A DNA stretch of 64,000 nt from Eledone cirrhosa (lineage: Eukaryota): assembly GCA_964016885.1 (NCBI GenBank), contig OZ024749.1, positions 41,602,001-41,666,000 on the forward strand. Reading direction: 5' to 3'. Position 1 is the first letter of the stretch; the number at the start of each line of letters is the position of its first letter. Positions 30,801 to 41,679 of the stretch are shown in pieces. The notes under the pieces were generated by a model. The model was given only the letters and a program-made list of their open reading frames with translations, searched no databases and was not told the DNA's origin. Position numbers and translations under genes: made by a program.

Positions 30801-31334
30801 AAGAAAAGGTTCTTACAAAAAATGCTAATGGAACATTTATATTTAAACATGAACACTTTAAAACAAATATTTTTTTTTTCATTATAGAACAGGGGGTAGT
30901 TTCAGGCAGTTTGGAATCAAAATGGTTCAAATTTTGATGAAAATAAAAATGCTATTATTGGTGATTATGGAAGTAAAAAAAAAACAAACATACCTTCACA
31001 GGACAAACCATGAGAAGTAACACCTGACAGAGCATCTCGACAGACGTTGCAATATGTTGGTCGTGCATGAGAGCATGCATACCAGTTATGCTGCCCCGAC
31101 ATCCTCTCTCGGTGATCAGTATTAGCCTGAAATAAGCAGAAAGTTCCGGTTGACTTTAGAATACATAGAATGCAAAGACGAGGAAGAAACGCAAGTTGAG
31201 AAGATTCTTCAAAATAACTTTGGAATAAAGACTTCACTCATGTATGTGTGTGAATATGCATGTATGTGTGTGAATATGCATGTGTGTGTATGTGCATAAA
31301 TGTGTATGTTAGGGGTGGCCAGGATGGCTATATT

Positions 31335-31365
<31 letters not shown>

Positions 31366-31391
31366 AAAAGAAATACACATACACACATATG

Positions 31392-31453
<62 letters not shown>

Positions 31454-31596
31454 CTGGGTATCCCAGAAAAATGTACACACACTTCAACAGTTTTTTGATA
31501 AGTGCATATATAAATATATGCACACACACACACAAATACACATGTAACAATGAATATAGATGTATCTGTAGTTCTTATACACTAGTACATACATAG

Positions 31597-31629
<33 letters not shown>

Positions 31630-32985
31630 ATACAGAGAGAGGAGGGGGGAGAGAGAGGTGTCAATAGTATAGAAAGTTAGTCAAGACCATGCATGTCTGT
31701 TAACAACTGCAGTAAATTCCCATGTAAGACAGTTACAGTGGAACATGTTATGGCACAGCACCATATAGATTGGTAATAACAGGAGGGGAGGGAGGGAGAG
31801 CAAGGAAGGAATGGATTGGTGGTTTATGTTGTTGGGAGGAGGAGGAGGAGGAGGAGAAGAGAAGAGAAGAGAGAGAGAGAGAGTGGGGGGGGGTGAAGAT
31901 AGAGAGAGGGAAGGGGGGGTGAATATTGTGGAGATGGAGAGGGAGTGGGACGGGGAGGGGAGGGGAGGGGTTTATTGTGGAAATGGAGTGGGGGAGGTGG
32001 GATAGAGAGAGGGAGGTGAATGTTGTGAAGATGGAAGGGGGAGGCGAGGTGGGCTAGAGAGGAGGGAGGTGAATATTGAGGAGATGGAGGAGAGGGGAAT
32101 AGAGAGAGAGGGTCATTGATATTGTGAAGGTAGATGGGGTGATGGGGAGGGGGAGAATAGAGAGTGGGAGGTGGTGGTGAATGGTGAAGAGCATCTTGTT
32201 ATCAACAGCATTTTTTTTTTCTTAAAATATGTGAGAGAGGTAGGAGAGAGAAGGGACATAAAGAAAGAGAGGGGGACACAGAGAGAGAGGGGGACAGAAA
32301 GAGAGAGTAGGAACAGAGAGAGAAGTTTCTCAATTTCTTTTTCTTTCTTATATATATCAATTTGGCCAACAATTTGAGAGGAAGGGAAAGTCAATAAAAT
32401 CGACCCCCAGTGCATTACTGGTACTTTATTTTGTTGACCTTATAAGAATGAAAAGTAAAGCTAACCTCGGCAGGATTTGAAATCAGAACGTAAAGGGACG
32501 TAACTATATGCCACAAAGCATGTTGTCCGACGCTATATCGATACTGTTAATCAATAATCAATAATAATACATATACTACATACTCTACCAAAGTCATGTA
32601 TAAGTATGATTGTATATTAAGTTTTTTTCATCATCTATATCATCATCATCATTTCATTTTACGTCAGCTTTTTCCCTGCTTGCAAGGATGGGACGGGAAC
32701 TGATTCTGGCTTGATTTCTACAGCTGGATGCCCTTCCTAACACCAACCTCATTTACAGTGAGTGCAGGGTGCTTTTTTGCCGTGGCACCTCCACGACCAC
32801 TTTGCAGTGGAATGATATGGACCCCAGTCCCTATCATCTCATTTCTACAGCTGAGCAAACTGGAGCAATGTGAAATAAAGTGTCTTGCTCAAGGAAACAA
32901 CACATCACCCGGTCTGAAAATTGAACTCACAACCTTTTGATTGCAAGGCCAATGCTCTAACCTCTAAGCCATGTGCCTCCAATGC

Positions 32986-33018
<33 letters not shown>

Positions 33019-33597
33019 ATATATATAAATATATATATATAGCATTGTCTATATATATATAAATATATATATATCATTGTCTATATATATATGTATATTT
33101 ATTAAAAATTATAATAACAGATTAAAGTTTAAGCAAAGAATCGCTGCTTTCACCGGGTGAAAGCAGCGATTCTTTGCTTAAACTTTAATCTTTTATTTTA
33201 ATAAATATTTGCTCTAAGGATCTTATATATTTGATATATATTTATCCTTATCGAGCCCTCTTTGGATTTTAGTCTTCAAATTTATTATTATTACTGTCAT
33301 CATCATCATCATCATCATCGTCTAACGTCCATCTTCCACGCTTGCATGGGTTTGGACGGGAGTTTTCCCACTTGAGGCAAGATTTGTTGTCCTGCTCGTA
33401 TAGGACTGTCTGGCGGGTTTTCTACGGCTGGATGCCCTTCCTAACACCAGCCACGTTTACAGTGTGGAACTGGGAGGTTTTTACCGTGTTGCCTACACGG
33501 CCACATTACAGCGTGGACTGTGTGTTTTTTTTGTCGTGACACCTACACGACCTCATTTGTTTCGGACTGGTATATATATCATCGTCTATTTTCCACG

Positions 33598-33628
<31 letters not shown>

Positions 33629-33949
33629 AGTGTGCATGTAAATATATATATATATATACACAAGATAAATGACCATTGTTGCTATTGCCACCACTGCCCT
33701 CACCACCACAACCACCACCACCTTATGCCATCCTTTATCCATATCTGTTTGTTTCTCCTCCTCCTTCCCTCCCTTAGCCCCCCCCCCCCCACAACATTAT
33801 CAATTACAACTCATCTAAAGTGTCCTCATGTTTACATCAATCACAATATAATGAAATTATGTGTCTGTGTGAGCATGTTTGTGTGTGTGTATGTGTATGA
33901 CCTCAGCCGGATGGATGGAACAGGTAAAAAGAGTAAGAGTAAAAGAGAG

Positions 33950-33982
<33 letters not shown>

Positions 33983-34232
33983 ACCCTACCCCAACCCGTC
34001 CCTTCTCCTCAGATGGAACCATCCAGAACACTTCAGATGTAACCATTATCTATCGTCATCTTAAATACTCTCTTATTTCTTTAGAGATGAAAGATCACAA
34101 GGATGATGATGATGATGATGATTACTGTGGTGGTGGTGGTGAGAGGGTTAATAATGGCCATGGAGGGGGGGGGGGTTATGATAGTTGTATTGATGAGGAG
34201 GATGGTAGTGATGGTGGTGGTGGATGTGGCAG

Positions 34233-34263
<31 letters not shown>

Positions 34264-36897
34264 ATCTTTGTTTCTTCCTTTTCATAGCCCCCCCCTCCTC
34301 CTTTTGTAAGAATTTTTACCTCAGTGCATGTGTGTGTGTGTGTGAGTGTGAGGGGGGGGGGTGTATAGTATGTGTATGATATGTACTCAGCATGTAGTGT
34401 CTGTGTGTGTGTGTGTGTAAAATATGTACAGTATACATAGTATGTTTGTGTATGTCGCATGTCTGAGTAGTTATATGTGTTTAGAATATGTACAGTATAT
34501 GTAGTATGTTTTTGTGTGTATGTGTAGAGTATGTAGTGTGTATGTATGCGTCAGGTGTTTGTGTTTGACATGTGTATGTATGTAATGTGTTTCTACATGT
34601 TGTGGGTATGCGTGTGAAGACAATACTGGTAGCTCTCCTTGAAGTGTATAAGTTTTGTGTGTGTGTGAAGACAATACTGGTAGCTCTCCTTGAAGTGTGT
34701 ATATATGTGTGTATAAGTTTTTGTGTGTGTGTGTGAAGACAATACTGGTAGCTCTCCTTGAAGTGTGTGAATGTGTATAAAGACATTATGATTGTAGCAC
34801 TCCTTCAGATGTGTGTGTTTGTGTGTGAATATGTTTGCATGTGTATGTGTGTGGTGTGTAAAACAATGATGGTACAACTCCTTGAGGTGTGTGTGTGTAT
34901 GTCTATGTGCATGCACATACATATATGACAATGACCGTGTGATCATGTGACCATGCACAGGTGTATATTCCCATGTATATATATGATGTATATATGATAT
35001 GCAGGTAACACTCATTAAAACAGTGGTGTAGTGTGTGTGGATATATATATATATATAGAGAGAGAGAGACATATGTATGTATATACGTATATATATTTGC
35101 ATAAGTGCGCACACTCACACACATATATATATATACACACACACACATATATATATATATGCATGCACATATGTGTGTATATGTATGTGTCAGATGGTGT
35201 ACATACATATATGTATATATATTTTATTTATTCTATTAACTCCTTTGTTGACATATTTCTAGTGAAAGACACTGCCTACAATTTTTAACCATTTTTGAAA
35301 ATAATCAAGAATTTCGAGAGATCTAGTAACATAAACTTTCTCATTAAGTTGGTGTTTGGAACATTTATTAACACAAAGGTTCTTAGATAAAATTATGATG
35401 AATTAGATAAATATAAAGAAATTAAACACTTAACATCTTGTACCACATGAAACCACATAAGTAAGACATTCTTGGAAATATTAAAATAGCACAATAAATG
35501 CCCAATATTAAAAGCTCTAATACTGCAAATTTTCACCATAATCTGTTCACTAGTAAAGATACTGTAAACATTTAAATTAGCAAACCTATTTTTAGGTATT
35601 TTCTGCTAAATATTTGATGAGAATTAAAACATACACCTTTTTCAATTCCATGTGTCTAACACCCATGGGCATGCTTACAAAATCAGAAAATAGTATAGCT
35701 CCCATGACTTTCGGAAACATTTTTTTTTTCATGCTCAGAGTTGTTGAAGCATGGAACAAACTACCTGCATTAGCTGTTAGCTTTCAGGACACTGCATCCT
35801 TCAAAACTTCCATGATTCCAGAAATTCGCCAATACTACACCTGATATTCCCCCTCCATACACAGGCAAGCATGTGCCTGTGTGTATATCATGACTCATAC
35901 AAATTTTTCACTTTCCTGACATTTGTACATTATTCTATGTACTATACATGCACCTTTGATGAGTTGTAGTACACCTGAGCATTGTACACAATAATTTTCA
36001 TTATTATTATTATTATACAGGGCGGTGGATTGGCAGTGTCGGTAGAGGGTCGGACGCCATGCTTTGACGTATATAGTTACAGCCCTTGCCATTCTGAGTT
36101 CAAATCCCGCTGAGGTTAACTTTGCCTTTCATCCTTACCGGGTTGATAAAATAAAGTACCAGTAATGTACTGGGTAATTACTGGCCTTGTGCCAAAAGTA
36201 GAAACAATTATTATTATTATACAGAATAGTATCATAGAACCAGACTTGGTTTTAGGAGGTTTGATATCAAAAGGGTTAAATATTCTATCATTTCCAAAGC
36301 CAAGATACTTATTTAGCTAGAAGTGTCTGAGCAGCCCCAGTACTAAACAGGAGTATTGGTTACCTGGTACTCCTTAATGTTTGCCTGAAGCTAAGCATTA
36401 ACTGGACTGAACTGTGATTAAATGGAGCAGTGAATTGGCAGTCATTAGAGTCACTAGACTATGTTGAAAAATATACCTCATTTGGTCATTCTGAGAGTAT
36501 CTTGGTCAGCCTATGAGCTTTTCAACCAAGTCTTGTACAACATTTAGAGAAAATAACTAGTTCACATTGAAAATTAAAGTCTTAAGATAGTACAAACATT
36601 TGAATTGACAAACCCGTTTTTAGCTATTTTCTAGTGAATTATAGCAGTAATAATGAAGAAAAATTCACAGCAAAACATCAAATAAGAGATTCCATATTGA
36701 TTAAAAAAAAAATTACAAGAATATAAAAAAAAAAATCCAAAATCAATATATTTTCAATGGAATCAATATGTTCTATAAAATGTTTTTCTTACATCATAAT
36801 ATTCTTTACTGCTAGCAGTTTTGATTGCCGTAATCCAGTCTTCCATTTCTTTCCTGCTTTCCGCACATAATATTAAATTACGGGAAGGAGTAATAAC
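168..36897 (-). CDS. DGKH: Type II diacylglycerol kinase (eta/delta-like), partial; 23 exons, about 2735 nt
   Basis: Manually spliced exons all have GT-AG borders and matching phases. Translation gives the PH end ([13 protein letters not shown]), C1A ([17 protein letters not shown]), C1B ([14 protein letters not shown]), DAGKc ([32 protein letters not shown]) and DAGKa ([29 protein letters not shown]). The 5' PH exons and 3' SAM exons were not found in the window. An invertebrate gene is co-orthologous to DGKH/DGKD/DGKK. Confidence 0.95.
1073..1207 (-). CDS. DGKH: DGK exon: [45 protein letters not shown]
   Basis: TAG acceptor, GTAATG donor, 135 nt. Confidence 0.95.
1722..1835 (-). CDS. DGKH: DGK exon: [38 protein letters not shown]
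   Basis: TAG acceptor, GTATGT donor, 114 nt. Confidence 0.95.
2594..2639 (-). CDS. DGKH: DGK exon: [15 protein letters not shown]
   Basis: CAG acceptor, GTAAGT donor, 46 nt. Confidence 0.95.
2925..3083 (-). CDS. DGKH: DGK exon: [53 protein letters not shown]
   Basis: CAG acceptor, GTACGT donor, 159 nt. Confidence 0.95.
3654..3764 (-). CDS. DGKH: DGK exon, DAGKa: [37 protein letters not shown]
   Basis: CAG acceptor, GTTTGT donor, 111 nt. Confidence 0.95.
4011..4271. repeat. Inverted repeat with ~95-bp arms between (TA)n tracts; hammerhead-like remnant
   Basis: agtataagaataaagg.../...cctttattcttatact; CTGATCGA-CAGT-GAAACATATGTA at 4201-4224; related fragment at about 2255-2360. Confidence 0.8.
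4393..4513 (-). CDS. DGKH: DGK exon: [41 protein letters not shown]
   Basis: CAG acceptor, GTAAGT donor, 121 nt, phase 1-2. Confidence 0.9.
10269..10439 (-). CDS. DGKH: DGK Ser/Pro-rich linker exon: [20 protein letters not shown]...AAQPCLMLP
   Basis: CAG acceptor, GTAAAC donor, 171 nt, phase 1-1, coding-like composition. Confidence 0.8.
14009..14153. repeat. Palindrome centred 14081/14082 with head-to-head hammerhead-like motifs
   Basis: CTGAATGA-GTTGAG(GTGTATAA)CTCAAT-GAAA-CTTAAG-TA on +; decayed mirror on -. Confidence 0.75.
14305..14357 (-). ncRNA. Decayed hammerhead, U3-A8 variant
   Basis: GGGGTATATCC-TTGATAA-(weak stem II)-GAAACGCGTT-GGTTATTCCCC; inverted partial copy with its core at 14390-14396. 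Confidence 0.5.
14800..14938. repeat. Inverted repeat with CTGATGA...GAAA cores on both arms
   Basis: + core 14873-14895 and - core 14842-14864; arms atagaaatggcttctacagga/tcctgtagaagccatttctat. Confidence 0.75.
15166..18690. repeat. ~3.5-kb (TA)n / TATCATATATGA compound microsatellite interrupted by the 16.8-17.4 kb palindrome
   Basis: Seen directly in the sequence. Confidence 0.95.
16802..17438. repeat. Spacer-less palindrome with ~320-bp arms and a hammerhead-like core in each arm
   Basis: Centre at 17121/17122 (cagtctgtcta|tagacagactg); about one mismatch and one 3-nt indel seen; CTGACGA-T-GTTGCA(GATG)TGCAAC-GAAA at 17190-17217 (+) and 17023-17050 (-). Confidence 0.92.
18850..19020 (+). 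mobile_element. RTE/RTE-X-like LINE fragment
   Basis: [46 protein letters not shown]. Confidence 0.65.
19371..19613 (-). CDS. DGKH: DGK linker exon: [12 protein letters not shown]...AHPTQLKLA
   Basis: CAG acceptor, GTAAAT donor, 243 nt, phase 1-1; conserved AVDEQN. Confidence 0.88.
20083..20170 (-). CDS. DGKH: DGK exon: [29 protein letters not shown]
   Basis: AAG acceptor, GTTTGT donor, 88 nt; conserved RANSLKKA. Confidence 0.9.
20700..20813 (-). CDS. DGKH: DGK linker exon: [38 protein letters not shown]
   Basis: TAG acceptor, GTAAGG donor, 114 nt, open frame, phase 0-0; poorly conserved. Confidence 0.75.
21217..21279 (-). CDS. DGKH: DGK exon: [21 protein letters not shown]
   Basis: CAG acceptor, GTGAGA donor, 63 nt; conserved CxVLNEKL. 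Confidence 0.9.
22164..22260 (-). CDS. DGKH: DGK exon: [32 protein letters not shown]
   Basis: CAG acceptor, GTAAGT donor, 97 nt, phase 2-0. Confidence 0.9.
22692..22786 (-). CDS. DGKH: DGK exon: [32 protein letters not shown]
   Basis: CAG acceptor, GTATGT donor, 95 nt; matches the type II motif EDSVAxHLxKIL. Confidence 0.92.
23977..24047 (-). ncRNA. Type I hammerhead ribozyme, mirror copy on the DGK sense strand
   Basis: Reverse complement of 24166-24236 within the palindrome. Confidence 0.75.
24166..24236 (+). ncRNA. Type I hammerhead ribozyme, intact core
   Basis: Stem I TGTTTTAT/ATAAAATA; CTGATGA at 24174-24180; 16-bp stem II with one mismatch; GAAA at 24217-24220; palindromic stem III ATGCGCAT; AUA cleavage triplet ending 24228. 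Confidence 0.75.
24564..24621 (-). CDS. DGKH: DGK exon: [19 protein letters not shown] (donor could instead be at 24555)
   Basis: CAG acceptor completes the conserved LDRW. Two in-frame donors are present: GTTGCT (exon end 24564) and GTAACT (exon end 24555). Confidence 0.8.
24985..25480. repeat. GCAGTGCTGCTGTAGTGTTTTT-type minisatellite with 21-33 bp variant units
   Basis: Seen directly; begins about 70 nt downstream of the exon 25548 donor in transcript orientation. Confidence 0.9.
25548..25687 (-). CDS. DGKH: DGK exon: [47 protein letters not shown]
   Basis: CAG acceptor, GTACGT donor, 140 nt, phase 0-2. Confidence 0.95.
27131..27239 (-). CDS. DGKH: DGK exon with the ATP-binding GGDG motif: [36 protein letters not shown]
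   Basis: CAG acceptor, GTATGT donor, 109 nt, phase 2-0. Confidence 0.95.
27335..27412. mobile_element. Tc1/mariner-type MITE
   Basis: TIRs (cagg)GTGTCCCAAAAA..TTTTTGGGACACCCTG next to TA; related copies at about 718-900, 21828-21925, 31452-31500 and 56170-56250. Confidence 0.6.
27463..27530 (-). ncRNA. Hammerhead ribozyme with a core A6G change (probably inactive)
   Basis: Stem I ATTGATGTC/GACGTTAAT; CTGGTGA; stem II AATGTTAC/GTAACATT; GAAA-CATGTG-TA. Confidence 0.6.
27671..27753 (-). CDS. DGKH: DGK exon: [28 protein letters not shown]
   Basis: TAG acceptor, GTAAGT donor, 83 nt, phase 0-2. Confidence 0.95.
27895..28245. repeat. ~139-bp tandem repeat, about 2.5 units
   Basis: ggagtttagc..ccactttttcagagcatactgg occurs three times. 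Confidence 0.85.
28309..28488 (-). CDS. DGKH: DGK exon, C1B end to DAGKc start: VHISCREK...[14 protein letters not shown]
   Basis: CAG acceptor, GTAAGA donor, 180 nt. Confidence 0.95.
29322..29447 (-). CDS. DGKH: DGK exon, C1B: [42 protein letters not shown]
   Basis: CAG acceptor, GTGAGT donor, 126 nt. Confidence 0.95.
29560..30095. repeat. ~115-bp tandem repeat, about 4.5 units; dispersed family
   Basis: aaaacacccaagaaacctc..gctaaacctacatagg..gagctgtaacaac; also at 8860-9240 (+) and about 20500-20650 (-). Confidence 0.85.
30120..30226 (-). CDS. DGKH: DGK exon, C1A end: [36 protein letters not shown]
   Basis: CAG acceptor, GTAAGT donor, 107 nt, phase 1-0. Confidence 0.95.
30994..31126 (-). 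CDS. DGKH: DGK exon, C1A: [44 protein letters not shown]
   Basis: CAG acceptor, GTATGT donor, 133 nt, phase 0-1. Confidence 0.95.
32641..32981 (-). mobile_element. Inverted near-identical copy of the 39639-39965 composite SINE
   Basis: Reverse complement aligns over about 330 bp with few differences. Confidence 0.85.
33121..33189. repeat. Perfect ~34-bp-arm hairpin; same family as 47611-47812
   Basis: attaaagtttaagcaaagaatcgctgctttcacc-g-ggtgaaagcagcgattctttgcttaaactttaat. Confidence 0.85.
35640..36016 (+). mobile_element. CR1-like LINE 3' end
   Basis: [30 protein letters not shown], then a 3' UTR and (ATT)n tail; 3' UTR copies at about 57010-57215 (+) and 54590-54660 (-). Confidence 0.7.
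36021..36219 (+). mobile_element. tRNA-derived SINE, family A (core resembles the Meta domain)
   Basis: A box (TGGCAGTGTCGG), B box (GTTCAAATCC), core CTTTCATCC..GATAAAATAAAGTACCAG, (ATT)n tail. Other copies at about 6500-6660(-), 9713-9890(-), 10945-11090(-), 11300-11450(-), 20215-20495(-), 32355-32545(-), 37055-37210, 52860-53460, 54670-54850(-), 56321-56522, 57497-57690 and 58286-58470. Confidence 0.85.
36793..36897 (-). CDS. DGKH: DGK exon, PH domain C-terminus: [35 protein letters not shown]
   Basis: TAG acceptor, GTAAG donor, 105 nt, phase 0-0. Confidence 0.93.
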
Positions 36898-39075
36898 CTA
36901 GAAGAAGAGAGAAATAGTTACTGAGTTAACAACAATGGCGGATCAGTAAAAAATATTTGACAAACTTTGAAATATATATTTATCAAAGATTAACTGCAGA
37001 GATGCAGGCAGGATTGCATATATGCACACAAGCATCCATAGGTATAGGCATAAAGGGTTGTGAATTGGTAGAGTCATTACCAAGATAGACAGAATACTTT
37101 ATGTTATTCATTCAGTCTCCCACACCCTGAGTTCAAATCCCACTGTGAAACATTGCCTTTCATCATTTCGAAGTTGATAAATAAAATATTATTCCAGTAC
37201 TGGGGTTGATTCTTCTTCACTCATCCATCTCTCTCTCTGGAAGAAATTGGCTGTGTTCAGATCCAGAGAGGAATAGGCTCTACCAGGTTTAATGTCCAAG
37301 ACACAACCACCATATGTTATGATGGCACCTCTATACCTCCCTCAGGAGTTAAGAGACAATTGATTGATCAAAGTACAGGCATGCAGAAGTGTAGACATGG
37401 CATGGCTGTGTGGTTGAGAAATTTACTTTGCAACCAACAGCATGGCTTTGGGTTCCATCCCACTGTGTGGCACCTTAACCCTTTAGTATTCAAACCAGCC
37501 ATATCCAGCCAGAATTCTCTCACCTCTTTCTGTTCAAACCAGCCATATCCAGCCAGAATTCTCTCACCTCTTTCTGTTCAAACCAGCCATAATCAGCCAC
37601 TCATACAAATGTTAAGTTATTGTTCTCAAAATAAATAACATCAAAATCTCGGAGCTTCTACTGAAGCCTCCGGCCAACAAATCCTCTGGCAAGAACAATT
37701 GGCTTGAGGAGATTTTGCATCTCTTTATAGTTGATCTCATGTCTGTGTGTATGGGGTGGGTTTCCCCTTCATGCATCATAACTGAACCTTGGTTAGCCAG
37801 ATGACATCAGAAACATAGCTGAGCCTGTGATCACTGAAATACAACTGAGGCTTGGATCATTAGAGTTGATACCAGAGACATAGTTGAACCTTGGAGAATC
37901 AGAGTTGATACCAGCATCATGACTGAACCTTGGATAACCAGATGTGACATCAGAGACATAACTGAACCAGAGAAGATGTCAGGGTGACTACTGAACCTGG
38001 GATAACTAGAGATGATATCAGATACACAGAACCCAATCTGGGTGAACCAGAGATAAAAGTAAAACTTGTAATCCAATAGATGAAAGATAAATGATGTCTC
38101 TAAGCAGGCAACTTAAAGAGGTTTTCATGACAGGTAGTCAAGAAGCATTTCTGCAGACAAGGGAGACAACTTTGCATTTACTAACTGATGTGTGACACAG
38201 GAGGGGAAATCTTCTATGAAACTGGTTGCCTTGGAAACCATAGTGGTGGTCAGTTGGAAGGGAATGAGAGACTCAAGTTGATAAAGGAGGTTCTCTTTGT
38301 CTTTCATGCTTTTGGTAGGGGTCGATAAAGTAAAGTACTCATCTAAAGCCGTTGATTAGCAGAATTGTTAGAACATTGAACAAGATGCCTTGTGGTGTTT
38401 GTTCCAGGACTCAACGTTCAGAGTTCAAATCCCACAGAGTTAAACTTTGCTAGTCTAGTGCAATTGTTACAGGATGGGACGAAGGTGATATCAGTGATGA
38501 AGGAAATTGTGATAGCTATGATAAATAGTGATGAGTGATAACAGCAATACAGTTGAAGATGATGATGATGATGATGGTGGTGGTTGAAGATGACAGTGAT
38601 GACAATAGCAACAATAGTGATGGTGCTTATAATGATGGCACTGTTGATGATGATGTTAGTGATGATGATAGTGACTATGACAGTGCTAATGATGATAGTG
38701 AATATGACAGTGCTAATAATGATGATGATGATGATGATGATGACAGCGATGGTGATGATGATGATAATGATAGTGATGATGATGATGATGATAGAGATAA
38801 TGCAATACACGGTGACAAAATTAAAAAAAATGTTTAAAAGACTACAAAAATCTATAAAATCTTGACTAGATCTTGTCCTATTGATTTATTGACTGTGATT
38901 GGTGTGTCGATCTGAGGCTGTCTGTGTGTGTGTGTCAATGTAGTTCTGTGTGTGAAAGAATAACAGCAGAGATGCTAGAATATTCTAGAGTGAAGAGAGT
39001 CTCAGAGAAAAAGAGAGAAAGCAACTTTCTTCCAGAACACCAGGGTTAGCACTAGTATCACATGATCTCTCCTCC

Positions 39076-39107
<32 letters not shown>

Positions 39108-39475
39108 AGCCACTGCAACCACCATCACCAACACCGACTACCACCATATATCTCACCAGACTCAAACCTCCACCACCACCAAACATTCACCATCAGCAAC
39201 ACCGCCACAACCACCTCTCACCAGACACACCTCCATCAATACCACCAGCACCACCTCCACCACTCACCAGACACACCTCCTCCTCCACCACCACCACTCC
39301 TGCCTTTCACCAGACACACCAAACAGATCAATATCATGCTTGTCATCTTTCAACAACAACAACAACAACAACAACAACCACATGTTGCTGTTAAGTGCTA
39401 GTGGTGGAGGTAAGATGGTGGTGTATATTTCTGCATATGTATGTGTGTATCTTATTGTATATATACACTATTATT

Positions 39476-39539
<64 letters not shown>

Positions 39540-39638
39540 ATAATATATATAATAATAAATATAAAAAAACTTTTGATATTTTTGAAGGGATTGTCTTATA
39601 TTCATTACACATGGACACATCCATTTTATATATATATA

Positions 39639-39965
39639 TGGAGGCACATGGCTTAGTGGTTAGAGCATTGGCCTTGCAATCGAAAGGTTGCGAGTTCAAT
39701 TCTCAGACCGGGTGATGTGTTGTTTCCTTGAGCAAGACACTTTATTTCACATTGCTCCAGTTTACTCAGCTGTAGAAATGAGATGATAGGGACTGGGGTC
39801 CCTATCATTCCACTGCAAAGTGGTCGTGGAGGTGCCACAGCAAAAAAGCACTCATTGTAAATGAGGTTGGTGTTAGGAAGAGCATCCAGCTGTAGAAATA
39901 AAGCCAGAATCAGTTCCCGTCCCACCCTTGCAAGCAGGGAAAAGCGGACGTAAAATGAAATGAAA
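39639..39965 (+). mobile_element. tRNA-derived CORE-like SINE (family B) fused to an RTE-type 3' end
   Basis: A box (TGGCTTAGTGG), B box (GTTCAATTC), core CCTTGAGCAAGACACTT; head copies at about 6202-6400(+), 8745-8855(+) and 14560-14690(-). Confidence 0.8.
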
Positions 39966-39987
39966 TGAAATGAAAATGAAAAAAATA

Positions 39988-40361
39988 TCATCATCATCGT
40001 TTGTAGATCCATTTTTCCAGGTGTGCATGGGTTCAACAGGTTTTTCCCAGTACAGTACTTCTCCACTCATCACATTCATTTGTCAACTCTTTTATGGGTT
40101 TCAGCGATTTAAGATCAGTTCTCACCACCTCTGCCCAGGTCTTTCTTAGTCTACCTCTACTGTGGCTTCCATCCACTGACATTTCCTGGCACTTCTTCAC
40201 CCATTGATCATCATCCATGCACATCACATGCCTGTACCAACACAGTCTTCTCTCATGCACAGCACCTCAGATTCCTCTTAAACCCAGCTTCTCCCTCAGT
40301 TTATCCAAGCTCTGTCTTTGCCTCACACTTATATTGCACATCCAACAAAGCATGGTTGCTT
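39988..40361 (-). mobile_element. RTE-clade LINE 3' fragment
   Basis: EATMLCWMCN..LREKLGLRGI..RRLCWYRHVMCMDD..RGRLRKTWAEVV..DEWR; (GAT)n tail. Confidence 0.75.
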
Positions 40362-40362
40362 C

Positions 40363-40403
<41 letters not shown>

Positions 40404-40686
40404 GTGACCTATACAACAAACACACCCAGTACACGTTGTAAAGTGGTTGGTGATAGGAAGAATATCCAGCTATAGAAAACTTGCCAAACAAAGGCTTCGG
40501 AGAACCCTTCCCTAGTGTCAAAGACATGACAACCTCGCCTGTGTACTTGATAGAACATGGGACCATATGTAAGTCAGATGCAGATCTCTGGCCTGGCATG
40601 TCTGGAAGGTCAGTATCCCTGCTTCAGTACTGACTTGGTCTATGTAGTCTCGTCCAACACTTGCTAACAGGGAAAGTGGATTTTAA

Positions 40687-40724
<38 letters not shown>

Positions 40725-40726
40725 TG

Positions 40727-40769
<43 letters not shown>

Positions 40770-41679
40770 TTTCTTCCTATTGACATGAAACCAAAGTAGC
40801 CTGTTTTGAAGTGTGAAAAGAGTGGAAATAGATCCTGACTAACACTGGGTGGATTGGTGGATTGGGGGAGGGGGGGGGGGTCACCGGTATAGGGGTAGAT
40901 GTGTGGAGAAATACATAGTGTAAGATGAGGGTAGCTGTACCACTGTGTCAGGGGTAGAAGGTAGCTAGCAGGATAGGTAAATATACTGGAAGTGATGAGA
41001 TCAAGTGTGTTAGGGTGGATTGGTGTGTGGTTGGGCAGGGTGGGGTGGGGGGGTCAAGGGTTAGGAGATGAGTAGGAGGAAATACATAGTTAAAGGTGAT
41101 GAGATCTAGTGAGCTCATATTCCAGGTTCTTTCTCTTTGTCTGAGAGTTCAGGGAGAAGGGGAGGAGAGAGACAGGGAGAAGGGGACAGACAGAGAGGAT
41201 GTGAGGGTCAGAAATAAAGAGAGAGAGGGGAGAAGGGCTCAAAGAGGGGAAGAAGGGCACAAAGAGGGGAGAGAGGGGTAGAAGGGAGAGAGGGGGAGAA
41301 GGGAGAGAGAGAGAAAGACAGAGGGGGAGAAAGACAAAGGGGGAGAAGGGAGAAAGACAGAGGGGTAGAGGGAGGAAGACATGCTTTAGGTCTGTTGTTG
41401 AAGGTGAATATTCTACCTAATTCTTCCTTCCTTACCCCCACCCCTACTACTTTTCACCCCAAATGTGTAAAAGAGGGGGGGGGGACCAGGGTGTTCTTCA
41501 CACTCAACATAAACAAATGTTCCACATACAGAGATCCTGTTGCTTAGATGATTATGATGATGGTGACGATGATGGCGGTAATGATGATAATGATGATGGT
41601 GATAACGATGATAATGATGATGTCAATGGCAACAAAGATGGTGGTGATGGATTGTAGTGATGATGATGACAGGCATACC

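Noticed and set aside
31780-32180. G-rich tract as a regulatory G-quadruplex
   Set aside because: Purine-rich low-complexity tracts are common throughout the window and nothing specific supports a function.
39639-39712. tRNA gene
   Set aside because: A and B boxes are present but run into a SINE core and tail; multi-copy with no proper acceptor stem.
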